Positions 8,601-18,361 of a DNA stretch of 64,000 nt are shown piece after piece; positions within the stretch are counted from its first letter, which is position 1, and each line of letters starts with the position of its first letter. Source of the DNA: Parcubacteria group bacterium (GTDB taxonomy: Bacteria; Patescibacteriota; Minisyncoccia; 2-02-FULL-40-12; IGHO2-01-FULL-4-A); assembly GCA_043821485.1 (NCBI GenBank), contig JBDRCU010000057.1, positions 598-64,597 on the forward strand, given 5' to 3'. The notes under the pieces are model-generated. The model was not told the origin of the DNA, did no database searches, and saw only the letters and a list, made by a program, of their open reading frames with translations. The position numbers and the translations under genes were made by a program.

Positions 8601-9749
8601 CTACTTCATCTTCCGTCTTATAAACGCTGGAATATCAAAATCATCTTCGTCATCATTGGCCACAGAGCTGTCTACTACCTCTTTTATAGGTTCTCGTTCT
8701 TCTTTTCTATCAATGATAGGGACTCCGTCTGCCATATCACTATATATGCTTTCTGCCGGGGACCTAGTTAATAGATCTTCTACATGAGCAGTGCCTGTCT
8801 TGAATCCAGCAGCAATAACAGTGATCTTGATTTCGCCCTTTTTAAGAGAGTTATCTTCAACTGCGCCGAATATTACTTTTGCATCGGGATCAATACTTGC
8901 TGTAATGATCTTTGCCGCTTCATTTATTTCTGCCATCGCCAAGTCGCTGCCTCCAGAGACATTGAACAGCACTCCATTTGCTCCGTCTATTGAAACATCA
9001 AGCAAAGGAGAGCTTATGGCATCCTTTGCTGCATCGGCTGCTCTATCTTCTCCGCTTGCAACACCTATTCCCATGAGTGCTGATCCTGAATTTGTTAACA
9101 CTGTTTTTACGTCTGCGAAGTCCACGTTAATAATACCTGGTACGGTAATCAAATCTGAAATTCCTTTTACTCCCTGATGAAGTACGTCGTCTACTTTTTG
9201 GAACGCTTCAAGTAAAGGAGTTTTCCTGTCTATTATTGAAAGTAATCTGTCGTTTGAAATTGTAATCAATGCATCTACTTTATTGCGAAGCACTTCCCAG
9301 CCAGCATCAGCAATGCGTGATCGTGCAGCTCCTTCGAATGAAAATGGTTTTGTTACAACACCAATAGTTAATGCTCCAACATCGCGTGCAATTTCTGCTA
9401 TAACTGGTGAAGCGCCTGTTCCTGTTCCTCCTCCAAGTCCTGCAGTTATGAATACCATGTCAGCGCCTTTTAGCGCATCTGAAATTTCATCCTTATTTTC
9501 CATTGCAGCCTGTTTCCCTATCTCAGGATTCATTCCAGCACCCAAACCGCGGGTGATATTCTTACCTATGAGGATTTTATTAGGCGCGCTAGCAATATTG
9601 AGGTCTTGTGCATCGAGATTTACAGCGACAAATTCAACTCCATGTATCTTAGAGGCCATCATTCGTTGGATTGCCTTGTTTCCACCTCCGCCAATACCAA
9701 CGACTTTTATGCGTGCGAAAGTCTCAAAAGTTGGTTTTACCTGAGTCAT
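8601..9749 (-). CDS. ftsZ: Cell division protein FtsZ
   Basis: GGGTGTG tubulin signature, INVDFAD, C-terminal DIPAFIRR. Confidence 0.99.
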   Translation of the reverse strand: MTQVKPTFETFARIKVVGIGGGGNKAIQRMMASKIHGVEFVAVNLDAQDLNIASAPNKILIGKNITRGLGAGMNPEIGKQAAMENKDEISDALKGADMVFITAGLGGGTGTGASPVIAEIARDVGALTIGVVTKPFSFEGAARSRIADAGWEVLRNKVDALITISNDRLLSIIDRKTPLLEAFQKVDDVLHQGVKGISDLITVPGIINVDFADVKTVLTNSGSALMGIGVASGEDRAADAAKDAISSPLLDVSIDGANGVLFNVSGGSDLAMAEINEAAKIITASIDPDAKVIFGAVEDNSLKKGEIKITVIAAGFKTGTAHVEDLLTRSPAESIYSDMADGVPIIDRKEEREPIKEVVDSSVANDDEDDFDIPAFIRRKMK

Positions 9750-9816
9750 AGTGCTACCGGTTTAGCATATCTATCCAGATAAAACAAGACAGAGGCAAAT
9801 GTCCCTGTTTTCTACC

Positions 9817-9846
9817 TGTGGATAAACCCCTGATTTCTGTGGATAT
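9817..9846. promoter_or_regulatory. DnaA-box-like sites between ftsA and ftsZ
   Basis: TGTGGATAA (TTATCCACA on the other strand) at 9817-9825 and TGTGGATAT at 9838-9846. Confidence 0.45.
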
Positions 9847-9862
9847 CTGGGATTTTTGAGCT

Positions 9863-11095
9863 TTATGGTAGGAAATTTTTAAACCATTTGCCTGCTCGTT
9901 TTAGAATATTGCTTGTTCCACCGGCTAGTGATCTTCTTGGATGATCTTCTTCTTCAAATCCCCACACAACAAGTCCTACAGCAACTGCAAATGCAGGGTC
10001 AATAACTGCTTCAGAGAGTCCTTCCATGAAATATGAGCCTCCAATTTTGGCTGATAAGCCAAGGCGGTTTTTTGCAAACACATCTATACCTGCTAGATTA
10101 GCTCCGCCACCAGCAAGGACCACTCCAGCGGGCAATACCTTGATACCGGGTGTTTTCTTAAGTTCAGCATCAATAACATCAAAGAGTTCTCCAATACGCG
10201 CATCGATTATTTTCGCAATATGTTTTCGAGGAACAGTCATGTCTTCATTTTGTGTAATGTCTGACAGGTCAATGTTTTCTTTTTTATTATTTTTTTCAGC
10301 AGTTCCAATAAATCCATGCGTGTTTTTGATTAACTCTGCATTATCAATGGAAGTTCTAAATGCAATGGCAAGATCATTTGTAACATGTTTGGCTCCAACA
10401 GGCAGTATAGCTGTATGCATTAAATCTCCTTCGTGGAATAGTGCCATTGAAGTTACTCCTCCCCCGAGATCAAGGAGCAGTACTCCGTATTCTCGTTGGT
10501 GTTTGTCGAGCATTGATTTGGATGCTGCCAAAGGAGAATAGATAAGCTCTGCTATTTCAACTCCATTGTTTTGGACTGCTTTTGTGAGATTATGAATGTA
10601 TGGAGATAACCCTTCTATTAGTAATACCTCTACTTCAAGACGGATTCCTTTCATGCCAAGAGGATTTTTTACTACTTCAGCCCCATCAATGATGAAATTT
10701 TTGGGAATGATATGTATAATTTCGTAATTTTGAGGGAGGCTTACAGTTGAAGCTGCTTCAACTACGCGATCAATATCGTTCTGGGATATTTCGCCGTCAG
10801 CACGCGATACAGCAACTACTCCGCGGGATAATTGTGTTTTTATGTATGGTCCGCTAATGCTTACATATGCGCGGTCAACAGAACCTCCTGACATACGTTC
10901 TGCTTGTGATACAGATTGCTTAATGCTTTTGATAACTTCTTCCATATCAACAACAATCCCTCTGCGTAAGCCATTTGACTGAGCATTGCCAATACCAATA
11001 ATGCGGGGACGTCCTGTCTCTGTATTCATGTCAGCAATTACGGTTTTCACTGATGAATTGCCAATATCAATTCCGCAAACTGTATACTTACTCAT
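9863..11095 (-). CDS. ftsA: Cell division protein FtsA
   Basis: GIDIG, GLRRGIVVDME, DLGGGVT, VLAGGGA, C-terminal amphipathic helix. Confidence 0.97.
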   Translation of the reverse strand: MSKYTVCGIDIGNSSVKTVIADMNTETGRPRIIGIGNAQSNGLRRGIVVDMEEVIKSIKQSVSQAERMSGGSVDRAYVSISGPYIKTQLSRGVVAVSRADGEISQNDIDRVVEAASTVSLPQNYEIIHIIPKNFIIDGAEVVKNPLGMKGIRLEVEVLLIEGLSPYIHNLTKAVQNNGVEIAELIYSPLAASKSMLDKHQREYGVLLLDLGGGVTSMALFHEGDLMHTAILPVGAKHVTNDLAIAFRTSIDNAELIKNTHGFIGTAEKNNKKENIDLSDITQNEDMTVPRKHIAKIIDARIGELFDVIDAELKKTPGIKVLPAGVVLAGGGANLAGIDVFAKNRLGLSAKIGGSYFMEGLSEAVIDPAFAVAVGLVVWGFEEEDHPRRSLAGGTSNILKRAGKWFKNFLP

Positions 11096-11110
11096 TGTAT
11101 CTATAATATA

Positions 11111-11566
11111 TTAAAGGCTACGTACTATTTTGTCCTGTAATGCGAACATTTGTTTCTCGTTTTTTGATGACCTCTCATGGTCATATTCTAGAAGATGAAG
11201 TAATCCATGAACTGTAAGCAGTATAATCTGGTTTTTGATCTTTTTATTGTCAGTCCCGACTTCGCGGACTACAAAAGGATACGAGATAAATATATCGCCA
11301 AGATTCATTATACCACCTGGATGAGGTTTTGTGCTAATTAAGTCTTTCTGTACTGGAAATGACAATACGTCTGTGGGTTTGTTCTTCCCGCGATGCTTTT
11401 TATTGAGATCAGTTATGCGCTTTAGCCCCACTATATTAATAGATAACTCTATCTTCGGACTTGATATTTGGGCAATAGACAGAGCTTTTTCAATGATTCG
11501 TTCAAAAAACACCCTGTTTAGCACGGTGTTTTTTGAAGTATTCCTGAATACTAGATCTAGTTTCAT
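11111..11566 (-). CDS. ybeY: rRNA maturation RNase YbeY
   Basis: PTDVLSFP, LGDIFIS, HGLLHLLEYDH. Confidence 0.95.
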   Translation of the reverse strand: MKLDLVFRNTSKNTVLNRVFFERIIEKALSIAQISSPKIELSINIVGLKRITDLNKKHRGKNKPTDVLSFPVQKDLISTKPHPGGIMNLGDIFISYPFVVREVGTDNKKIKNQIILLTVHGLLHLLEYDHERSSKNEKQMFALQDKIVRSL

Positions 11567-12057
11567 TTTGAGCCTAATTCTTTCTTAACGATATTGCTTA
11601 TGAGCCCGCCGTCAGCTTTGCCTTTAAGTGTTTTCATTACTTCCCCCATTACAGACCCTATGTCCTGTATGGTACTGGCTCCAGTTTTTGAAATTGCTTC
11701 TTTGACTATCGTAGTCACATCTTCTTCGTTCATTTGTTCCGGCAAGTATGCACTGATTAATTCAAGTTCGAGTTTTTCTTTGTCTGCAAGGTCAGAACGA
11801 TTGCCTTGAGTAAATTGTTCAATTGATTCTTTGCGCTTTTTGGCTTCGCTGGATAAAACCTCCATGATTTCCTCGTCAGACAGTTTACTGCCTTCTTCAA
11901 GTTTGACAGGATCTGTTTCAGTTTTACTTAAAATCGTCCTCTTGTTCAACTCTTTATTCTGAATTGAAGTTAATATTGCAGCAAGTACAGAACGTTTTAA
12001 TGTATTTCCTGATTTAAGGGCTTCACTGTTCTCTTTTTGAAGTTGGTCTTTTAACAT
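11563..12057 (-). CDS. GatB/YqeY domain protein
   Basis: KKRKESIEQF, YLPEQM, IGSVMGEVMK, GKADG. Confidence 0.9.
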   Translation of the reverse strand: MLKDQLQKENSEALKSGNTLKRSVLAAILTSIQNKELNKRTILSKTETDPVKLEEGSKLSDEEIMEVLSSEAKKRKESIEQFTQGNRSDLADKEKLELELISAYLPEQMNEEDVTTIVKEAISKTGASTIQDIGSVMGEVMKTLKGKADGGLISNIVKKELGSK

Positions 12058-12061
12058 TTTA

Positions 12062-12319
12062 TTATAGTTTAATTGTACGTTTTACTTTTTGTTTCTCTTC
12101 TTCAAATGTTTCTCTGTCATGTTTGCCCATGCGCTGTAAATGCTTGCGCAATGTGCGTAAATGCGTACGCATAATGGCTCTTCTTTTTTCTGTAAGAAGA
12201 CTCGCCTTTCTTTGCTTGTATTGTTTTGCCTTGGCCTGCTTAGTAGGCTTCTGTGCCAAACGTCCAAAACGGCGTATTAGCGCTCCTGTACTTTCATTTG
12301 GTTTTCTTTTTACTTCCAT
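12062..12319 (-). CDS. Ribosomal protein bS21-like
   Basis: EVKRKPNESTGALIRRF, very basic, in HIT-S21-YqeY synteny. Confidence 0.65.
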   Translation of the reverse strand: MEVKRKPNESTGALIRRFGRLAQKPTKQAKAKQYKQRKASLLTEKRRAIMRTHLRTLRKHLQRMGKHDRETFEEEKQKVKRTIKL

Positions 12320-12383
12320 AATTGCCTCCTTTCTAAATATAACAAACTAAGGATAATACAGTACCATAGTTTAATATCTATGT

Positions 12384-12740
12384 CTATCTCACTAATTCGT
12401 CTTCTTTGAATTTTTTGCCTCCAAGAATATGAATATGCAAATGCGGTATGGTCTGTCCTCCATGATATCCTTTATTGATTATTACCCTGTAGCCGTTTTT
12501 TGCTATGCCAGCTTTTTGTGCTATCTCGTCTGTGGCGCGTATCATTCTTCCCAATGTTTCTTCGTCTTCTTTTTTTAAGTCGCCAAGGCCGTCGGCTATG
12601 TGTTTTTTGGGAATAAGTAATACATGTGATGGGGCTTGAGGGTGAATATCATTTATAGCAAACCATTCATCGGTTTCCATGATTTTGTCTACTGGCATTT
12701 TACCTTCAGCCATTTTGCAAAAGATATCTTTCTCACTCAT
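12384..12740 (-). CDS. HIT family nucleotide-binding protein
   Basis: DIHPQAPSH, GQTIPHLHIHILGG. Confidence 0.95.
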   Translation of the reverse strand: MSEKDIFCKMAEGKMPVDKIMETDEWFAINDIHPQAPSHVLLIPKKHIADGLGDLKKEDEETLGRMIRATDEIAQKAGIAKNGYRVIINKGYHGGQTIPHLHIHILGGKKFKEDELVR

Positions 12741-12750
12741 ATCGTTTCAG

Positions 12751-14130
12751 TTATCTTCCTTTAGTTTTTTGTTTGATTATTTCAATCACTTTTTCGACAG
12801 GCACTGTTTCTTGTACTCCCGTACCCATTTCGCGAATAATTACTGAACCATCCAAAGCTTCTTTCTGGCCCATGATTATTGTGTATGGAATATTAAGGCG
12901 GTTAGAAACCCGAAGTTGTGCCTTTATGCTGTCTCGGCCGAATGATGATTTTGCAGATACTCCTGAACGTCTGAATTCTTCAAACAATGCCAGACTTTTT
13001 CTTTTTGCCAGTTCTCCTAATTGTGCAATAAATACCTTCGGGGGTTTTTTAGATGATGCAGGTTCGATCTTTTGGATTTTTAATGCGAGTATGATTCTTT
13101 CAATTCCCATTCCCCAGCCAATGGCAGGAGTCTTCGGCCCTCCCATGTGTTCAACTAATTTATCGTATCTACCTCCCCCGCCAAGAGCTAGTGGTTCTGA
13201 TTTGGGTTTTTCGTTTTCTTTTTTTGTTTTAATCTTCTTTTCTTCCTCTTCGCCTTCTTTTTTTTCATCTTCTTTTTCTTCTTTCTCATTTTCTTTCTCT
13301 ACTATTATTTCAAAAGTCGTACGAGTATAGTAATCAAGTCCTCGTACCAGCGTATGATCGAGCAGATAAGGAACTTCGAGCTCATCAAGGAATTCGAGAA
13401 CTCCTTTGAAGTGCTTCTTGCAGTCTTCATCCAGATATTCAAGGAATTGAGGAGCGTTCTTAATATGTTCTTGGCAGTCTGGTTTCTTGCAATCTAGAAC
13501 TCGCAAAGGATTTGATTTAATTCTTTTTAGACATTGGGCACATATCCTTTTAGCTGATCCTCTATAGTGATCTTTTAGAGCCTTAATATATTGGGGCCTG
13601 CAATCTGCATCTCCAATGCTATTGAGTTTTACAATGAGGTTCTTGACACCAAGACTTTCAAGGATTTTATATTGAATAAATATTGCTTGTGCATCGGCCG
13701 CAGGCATCTCATCTCCAAATATTTCAAGGTTTAACTGATAGTGCTGTCTTAGGCGTCCGGCTTGAGGATTCTCATGTCTGAACAATGGGCCATGAGTCCA
13801 TAACTGTACAGGGTGAGGCATTGTATGCATACCATGTTCAATGTAGGCGCGTACAATTCCTGCAGTGAATTCCGGGCGAAGCGAAAGTCTATCCCCTCCC
13901 TTGGTGCGCAGATTGTACATTTCTTTTTCTACAATATCAGTTGCTTCGCCGACTGAACGTACGAATAGGTCGGTTTGTTCGAGTATTGGAGTATCAATTC
14001 GTCTGAAACTATAGTCTTCAAAAATACCTTTTGCTTTTTTAATAATAAACTCCCAATACTGCTGATCGTGGGGCAATATATCGTGCATTCCTTTCACTGA
14101 CTGAATCTGTAACTTTTTGACTCTTGGCAT
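12751..14130 (-). CDS. hisS: Histidine--tRNA ligase
   Basis: LRPEFTA, FRHENPQAGR, LVRGLDYY, GGGGRYD; start reassigned to MPRVKK at 14130. Confidence 0.97.
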   Translation of the reverse strand: MPRVKKLQIQSVKGMHDILPHDQQYWEFIIKKAKGIFEDYSFRRIDTPILEQTDLFVRSVGEATDIVEKEMYNLRTKGGDRLSLRPEFTAGIVRAYIEHGMHTMPHPVQLWTHGPLFRHENPQAGRLRQHYQLNLEIFGDEMPAADAQAIFIQYKILESLGVKNLIVKLNSIGDADCRPQYIKALKDHYRGSAKRICAQCLKRIKSNPLRVLDCKKPDCQEHIKNAPQFLEYLDEDCKKHFKGVLEFLDELEVPYLLDHTLVRGLDYYTRTTFEIIVEKENEKEEKEDEKKEGEEEEKKIKTKKENEKPKSEPLALGGGGRYDKLVEHMGGPKTPAIGWGMGIERIILALKIQKIEPASSKKPPKVFIAQLGELAKRKSLALFEEFRRSGVSAKSSFGRDSIKAQLRVSNRLNIPYTIIMGQKEALDGSVIIREMGTGVQETVPVEKVIEIIKQKTKGR

Positions 14131-14155
14131 ATTTTTGTTATTTAACCGTATTAAA

Positions 14156-14851
14156 TTAGATATCGTAATCAGGCGTATCAAATCCTGAGATAGCATTCAA
14201 TGGCCATGCCCTGAACCAAACTTCTCCTGTGATCAAGGATTCATTCACAGGTCCCCAGAAACGGGAGTCAGAACTATGTCTGCGATTATCTCCTAATACA
14301 TAATATTCATTGGGATCCAATTTGGTTAAGAGATTTCCAATTGTTTGCTGGTCAGGAGAAAGATAACTGCTTTCATCTAGAGTTACGCCTTCGGGATGCA
14401 AGGTATTGTAGATCGTGACATTGTTGTCTTTAATTTCTATTGTTTCACTTGGAAGACCAATGATTCGTTTTATGAAAAAGTTTTTAGGGTCTTCAGGGAA
14501 TCGGAATATTACTACGTCCCCACGTTCAGGTTCGTCATCTGTAAAGCGATAACTGAATTCATTGATTATGATATAGTCGCCGTCGTGAAAATTTTCTTCC
14601 ATGGAAGCACCTTTTACATAGAATGGTTGGATTATGAAATATCGGATTGGGATAATTATGACAAGAGCAATAATGACTATCTTTATTATCTCCCATATAA
14701 AAGCAAGGCTTTTATAGCCTGTTGTGAAGTCGTCTTTTAGGAATTCTTCATCTGGTGGTCCGGCTTCCGGCGTGCCAGTTGGTGTATCGCCATCTGAATA
14801 TGCACCCAAGCCTGATAGATCAGGACCATTTTTAAGTAGATCTTCTGACAT
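14156..14851 (-). CDS. lepB: Signal peptidase I
   Basis: GASM catalytic Ser, IKRIIG Lys, GDNRRHSSDSR. Confidence 0.95.
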   Translation of the reverse strand: MSEDLLKNGPDLSGLGAYSDGDTPTGTPEAGPPDEEFLKDDFTTGYKSLAFIWEIIKIVIIALVIIIPIRYFIIQPFYVKGASMEENFHDGDYIIINEFSYRFTDDEPERGDVVIFRFPEDPKNFFIKRIIGLPSETIEIKDNNVTIYNTLHPEGVTLDESSYLSPDQQTIGNLLTKLDPNEYYVLGDNRRHSSDSRFWGPVNESLITGEVWFRAWPLNAISGFDTPDYDI

Positions 14852-14964
14852 AAATATGTGAAGTGAAGTTAATTATATCATAAAAATTCGTGAAATCAAT
14901 GCGTGTTTTTGGTATAAAAACGAAAACGCCGTGAGAACTGCGACGAATTCGTCGCCGTGCCTTC

Positions 14965-15240
14965 TCACGACGGTAGGTACCTTATCTGATCGGTCTGTTT
15001 GGGACTCCTGTAGAGCCCTTCGAGCAGTTCTGTTCCGGTGATGCCCGCCTCTTTGTAGAGTCGGCAGAACCTAATAGTATCCACTAGAACGGGTCGGTTT
15101 CGTCCCTCTTCTGCTGGCCAGAACCAATGCCAGCGCCTGCAAACCGAGCATTCCAGTGATATGGCTTCGGGCTCGCTACGGCATGGTTTCCATATCGTCG
15201 GAATCTTACACAGCCTCTCTCCGCACATGAGGCAGTACAT
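14965..15240 (-). CDS. Small Cys-rich (Zn-finger-like) hypothetical protein in a GC-rich cassette
   Basis: AAGGAGG SD then MYCLMCGE...CSVC; GC-rich relative to flanks. Confidence 0.6.
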   Translation of the reverse strand: MYCLMCGERLCKIPTIWKPCRSEPEAISLECSVCRRWHWFWPAEEGRNRPVLVDTIRFCRLYKEAGITGTELLEGLYRSPKQTDQIRYLPS

Positions 15241-15383
15241 CGCGACCTCCTTGAATGTTGCAAAGAGCCTAGCACTAGTATCTAAAATTGGAAAGACCCG
15301 TGGGGCCGGCGCGTCAGCGCCGACCACACGGGCCAGGGTGCTGGTTATGTTGGTATATGTACTGTTCCGGCGTATGCTCCTTC

Positions 15384-16589
15384 TTATTCGCCGGGAGTCT
15401 TCAGGCTCAGCGTTTCACGATCGCTGAATCTGGACTCGATAATGAGCTTTTGATCGGGGACGCCGGCGTGGACAGTTTTCCCCACAACCATAGCCTCGTG
15501 CCCGTCTTTCCATGCCTCCTCACAGATCCTTTGGACATCCGTTGGTTCGCAGATGACGAACATACCACAACCGCCATGGAAGGTGTTGTAGCAGTCGTAG
15601 TCGCTCAGAGGTGAGTCGCCGCACTGTAGTGAGAGGGACTGTGCTTTGAGCAGAACTTCCGGTGCTTCGGGCATCTGGTCCAGGTGTACGCCAATCCCTT
15701 CAGGCAACAGTTCTCCGAGCTTGCTCCATACACCCCCACCGGTGACGTGCGCGATGCCGTGGATGCGGGCCAGTGGTGGGCCGGGTTCGCCATCTTGAGT
15801 CCAGCCCAGGAGTCGTGTGATCGTCCTGGCATAGCTCCGTGAGGGAACAGTGAGCTTTTTCACGTATGCCATGGCGGTTGCATTGTTCGAGATCAAATCG
15901 ATTTCCGGTCCCCACGTGCCCAGGACGATATTGGTCAGGGCTGTACCACCGTTGCAGCGGTAACCGAACTCCCTGAAGCCCACGACTGCCATTCCCGAGT
16001 TGATACTGGAACCGTCGATTCGCAGGTCGGTCCTGGTAAGACCGATGCATGTTCCGCCCCACGTAAGCACGAGTTGACCATCGCTGTCGGTGTCGCAGAA
16101 GGCAGTGATGCTGTGCTTCATGACCGCGGTTTCGCCAGTGATGTTTGCAAGTCCGGCTTGCCGAAGGGCTGCGCCATGGCCGTTCCACAGGGCACGGCAT
16201 AGATGGATGTTTTTGGCGGTGACCCTTTTGACGTTCAGGTCATTCGCCATGATGGCCGGGAAGCCGCCGCCTGCCACAACGTCGTCGGCGTTCATGGTGA
16301 TGATTTCCCAGCCGAGATCGTTGAAGGCTTCCTCTTCGTTCAGAAGCGTGAAGAACTGGGGCTTGCCTCCGGCTCCATCGTTTTGGACCGTCTCGCGGAC
16401 ACGACGATCAATCATCAACTTGAGGATGTGCTCCCTCCAGAGGAATTCGGGCAAGCCACCGCGGAAATGTCCTGTCTGCTGTGGGTAAATCGTCACAGCT
16501 GGACAGTTTCCACTGCTTGCCAAGCAGACTTGATGTCCGAGTCTAGACATCTCATCGCCGGGATTGATTACTTCGGACCTGTAGCTCAT
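15384..16589 (-). CDS. Divergent PurM/AIR synthase-family protein in a GC-rich cassette
   Basis: NDGAGGKP, MNADDVVAGG, GETA, HVTGGG, TFHGGCGM; GGAGG SD before MSYRSEV at 16589. Confidence 0.8.
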   Translation of the reverse strand: MSYRSEVINPGDEMSRLGHQVCLASSGNCPAVTIYPQQTGHFRGGLPEFLWREHILKLMIDRRVRETVQNDGAGGKPQFFTLLNEEEAFNDLGWEIITMNADDVVAGGGFPAIMANDLNVKRVTAKNIHLCRALWNGHGAALRQAGLANITGETAVMKHSITAFCDTDSDGQLVLTWGGTCIGLTRTDLRIDGSSINSGMAVVGFREFGYRCNGGTALTNIVLGTWGPEIDLISNNATAMAYVKKLTVPSRSYARTITRLLGWTQDGEPGPPLARIHGIAHVTGGGVWSKLGELLPEGIGVHLDQMPEAPEVLLKAQSLSLQCGDSPLSDYDCYNTFHGGCGMFVICEPTDVQRICEEAWKDGHEAMVVGKTVHAGVPDQKLIIESRFSDRETLSLKTPGE

Positions 16590-16682
16590 TCTTTGCACCT
16601 CCGTATTTTTGGCTTATTGCCGAAGACCTTGCTTCAAGGGTAATGATTTGTGGAAAATAATCAATGGCTGTACACTATTTAC

Positions 16683-17246
16683 ATGTTATTAATCGTTGGG
16701 CTTGGGAATCCGGGAGATAAATATATAGGTACGCGGCATAATATTGGTTTTGCTGTGGTGGATGGTTTTGCCAATGAAGTTGGCCTATCTTTTGAATACT
16801 ATAAGAAGCTTGATGCATATATTGCTCGTGGTGACTGGAATGAACATGAATTAATAATTTTGAAGCCAAAGACATTTATGAATAATTCAGGATTGGCAAT
16901 AAAGAAGTTTCTTGATTTCTATAAAAACACTCCTGATAAAATGATTGTTGTTCATGATGATTTGGATTTGCCTTTTGGTACAGTAAAGATGTCGCATTCA
17001 AGTTCTAGTGCAGGACATAATGGAGTGGAGTCAATAGTGGATCATCTTAAGACACAAGAATTTTCAAGATTGCGAATAGGAGTTGCAAATGGTGTACTTG
17101 ATCGTGCACGCAAGCAAGAGCCAGTAGCTGTTAAGAAAAAAGCAGTTGGAGACTTTGTGCTTTCTAAATTTGGATTTTTTGAAAAGGTAAAATTGAAAAA
17201 GGTTTTGGAGCGTGCCATTGAGGCGCTCAAAAATCTTGATACCTGA
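16683..17246 (+). CDS. pth: Peptidyl-tRNA hydrolase
   Basis: LIVGLGNPG, TRHNIGF, KPKTFMN, HDDLDL, GHNG, RLRIG. Confidence 0.97.
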   Translation: MLLIVGLGNPGDKYIGTRHNIGFAVVDGFANEVGLSFEYYKKLDAYIARGDWNEHELIILKPKTFMNNSGLAIKKFLDFYKNTPDKMIVVHDDLDLPFGTVKMSHSSSSAGHNGVESIVDHLKTQEFSRLRIGVANGVLDRARKQEPVAVKKKAVGDFVLSKFGFFEKVKLKKVLERAIEALKNLDT

Positions 17247-18348
17247 CAGAGATAATCTCAAATATCTTAATGCAATAAATATCGTTGTTGACGGTAATGT
17301 TTTGGCGCTTGAGCGGATAAATAGTGCATTTGATGGGGATTGGGAAGGTGCGTGGAGCGCAGATCTTAGTTCATTTATTAGAGATGCTGTGGGTCGTGAG
17401 GGAAGCTTTACTAGTTGTGATAGGGAGCGTCGTAGAAATAGGCAAAGACGTCTCAATATCGAGAGCGAATGGCAGTACCTTGAGCGTGATGGTATTGACA
17501 TGATTACGATTTTGGATAAGGATTACCCGACGTCTTTGAGATCCATACACAATCCCCCGTTTCTATTGTATGTGCGTGGATCACGTAAGGCCTTACAGTC
17601 AGAGTCTTTCGCGGTTGTTGGCACAAGGCTAGTATCTGATTACGGCAAGCAAGCTACAGAGCATATCGTTGGTCCAGTCTCTCGTGCTGGGCTTACCATT
17701 GTAAGCGGTTTGGCTTATGGCATTGATGCTATTGCGCATAAGACTGCATTAGATGAAGGAGGTCTGACTGTAGCAGTTTTAGCTACATATATAGCGGATA
17801 GGTCAATTTGTCCTAGAGTAAATTTTGCTCTAGCACAAAGGATCATCAAACAAGGCGGAGCATTAATATCGGAATTCCCGCGTGGATATCAAACGCAGAG
17901 GTTTTCATTCCCACAACGCAATCGTATAGTCAGTGGTTTGTCGCGTGGAGTGCTTGTGGTTGAAGGGAGTTTTAAAAGCGGAACAATGCTTACTGCTAAA
18001 CATGCCATTGATCAGAATAGAGATGTTTTCGCAGTGCCCGGATCTATTTTTAAAAAGAATTCACAGGGTACTAATTGGTTAATTAATAGAGGAGCAAAGC
18101 TTGTGACAAGCAGTGAAGATATATTGGAAGATTATGGATTAATTCAGGAGCAAAAACAGCTTGAAGTCGAACCAGAAGACGAAAACGAGAAAAAGATTTT
18201 AGCAGTTATCAAGCAAAACTCCTTGACAGCAGATGAGATAGTAAGGGAAACTGGTTTAAGTACATCAATTGTCAGTGCAACTTTGATGATAATGGAAATG
18301 GATAAGAAGGTTCGCAATACGAATGATGGAAAGTATGAAATGTTTTAA
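17212..18348 (+). CDS. dprA: DNA-processing protein DprA (start uncertain)
   Basis: AVVGTR, VSGLAYGID, FPQRNRIVSG, SGTMLTA, C-terminal winged helix. Confidence 0.95.
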   Translation: MPLRRSKILIPDRDNLKYLNAINIVVDGNVLALERINSAFDGDWEGAWSADLSSFIRDAVGREGSFTSCDRERRRNRQRRLNIESEWQYLERDGIDMITILDKDYPTSLRSIHNPPFLLYVRGSRKALQSESFAVVGTRLVSDYGKQATEHIVGPVSRAGLTIVSGLAYGIDAIAHKTALDEGGLTVAVLATYIADRSICPRVNFALAQRIIKQGGALISEFPRGYQTQRFSFPQRNRIVSGLSRGVLVVEGSFKSGTMLTAKHAIDQNRDVFAVPGSIFKKNSQGTNWLINRGAKLVTSSEDILEDYGLIQEQKQLEVEPEDENEKKILAVIKQNSLTADEIVRETGLSTSIVSATLMIMEMDKKVRNTNDGKYEMF

Positions 18349-18361
18349 AAATTTTTAAGAT

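Noticed and set aside
14131-14196. N-terminal extension of HisS overlapping lepB
   Set aside because: The ATG at 14130 gives a normal HisS start without overlap
15084-16643. Many overlapping alternative ORFs in the GC-rich inserts (also 23947-24547, 38032-38581, 53096-53793)
   Set aside because: Shadow frames expected at high GC; they lack SD sites and recognisable motifs
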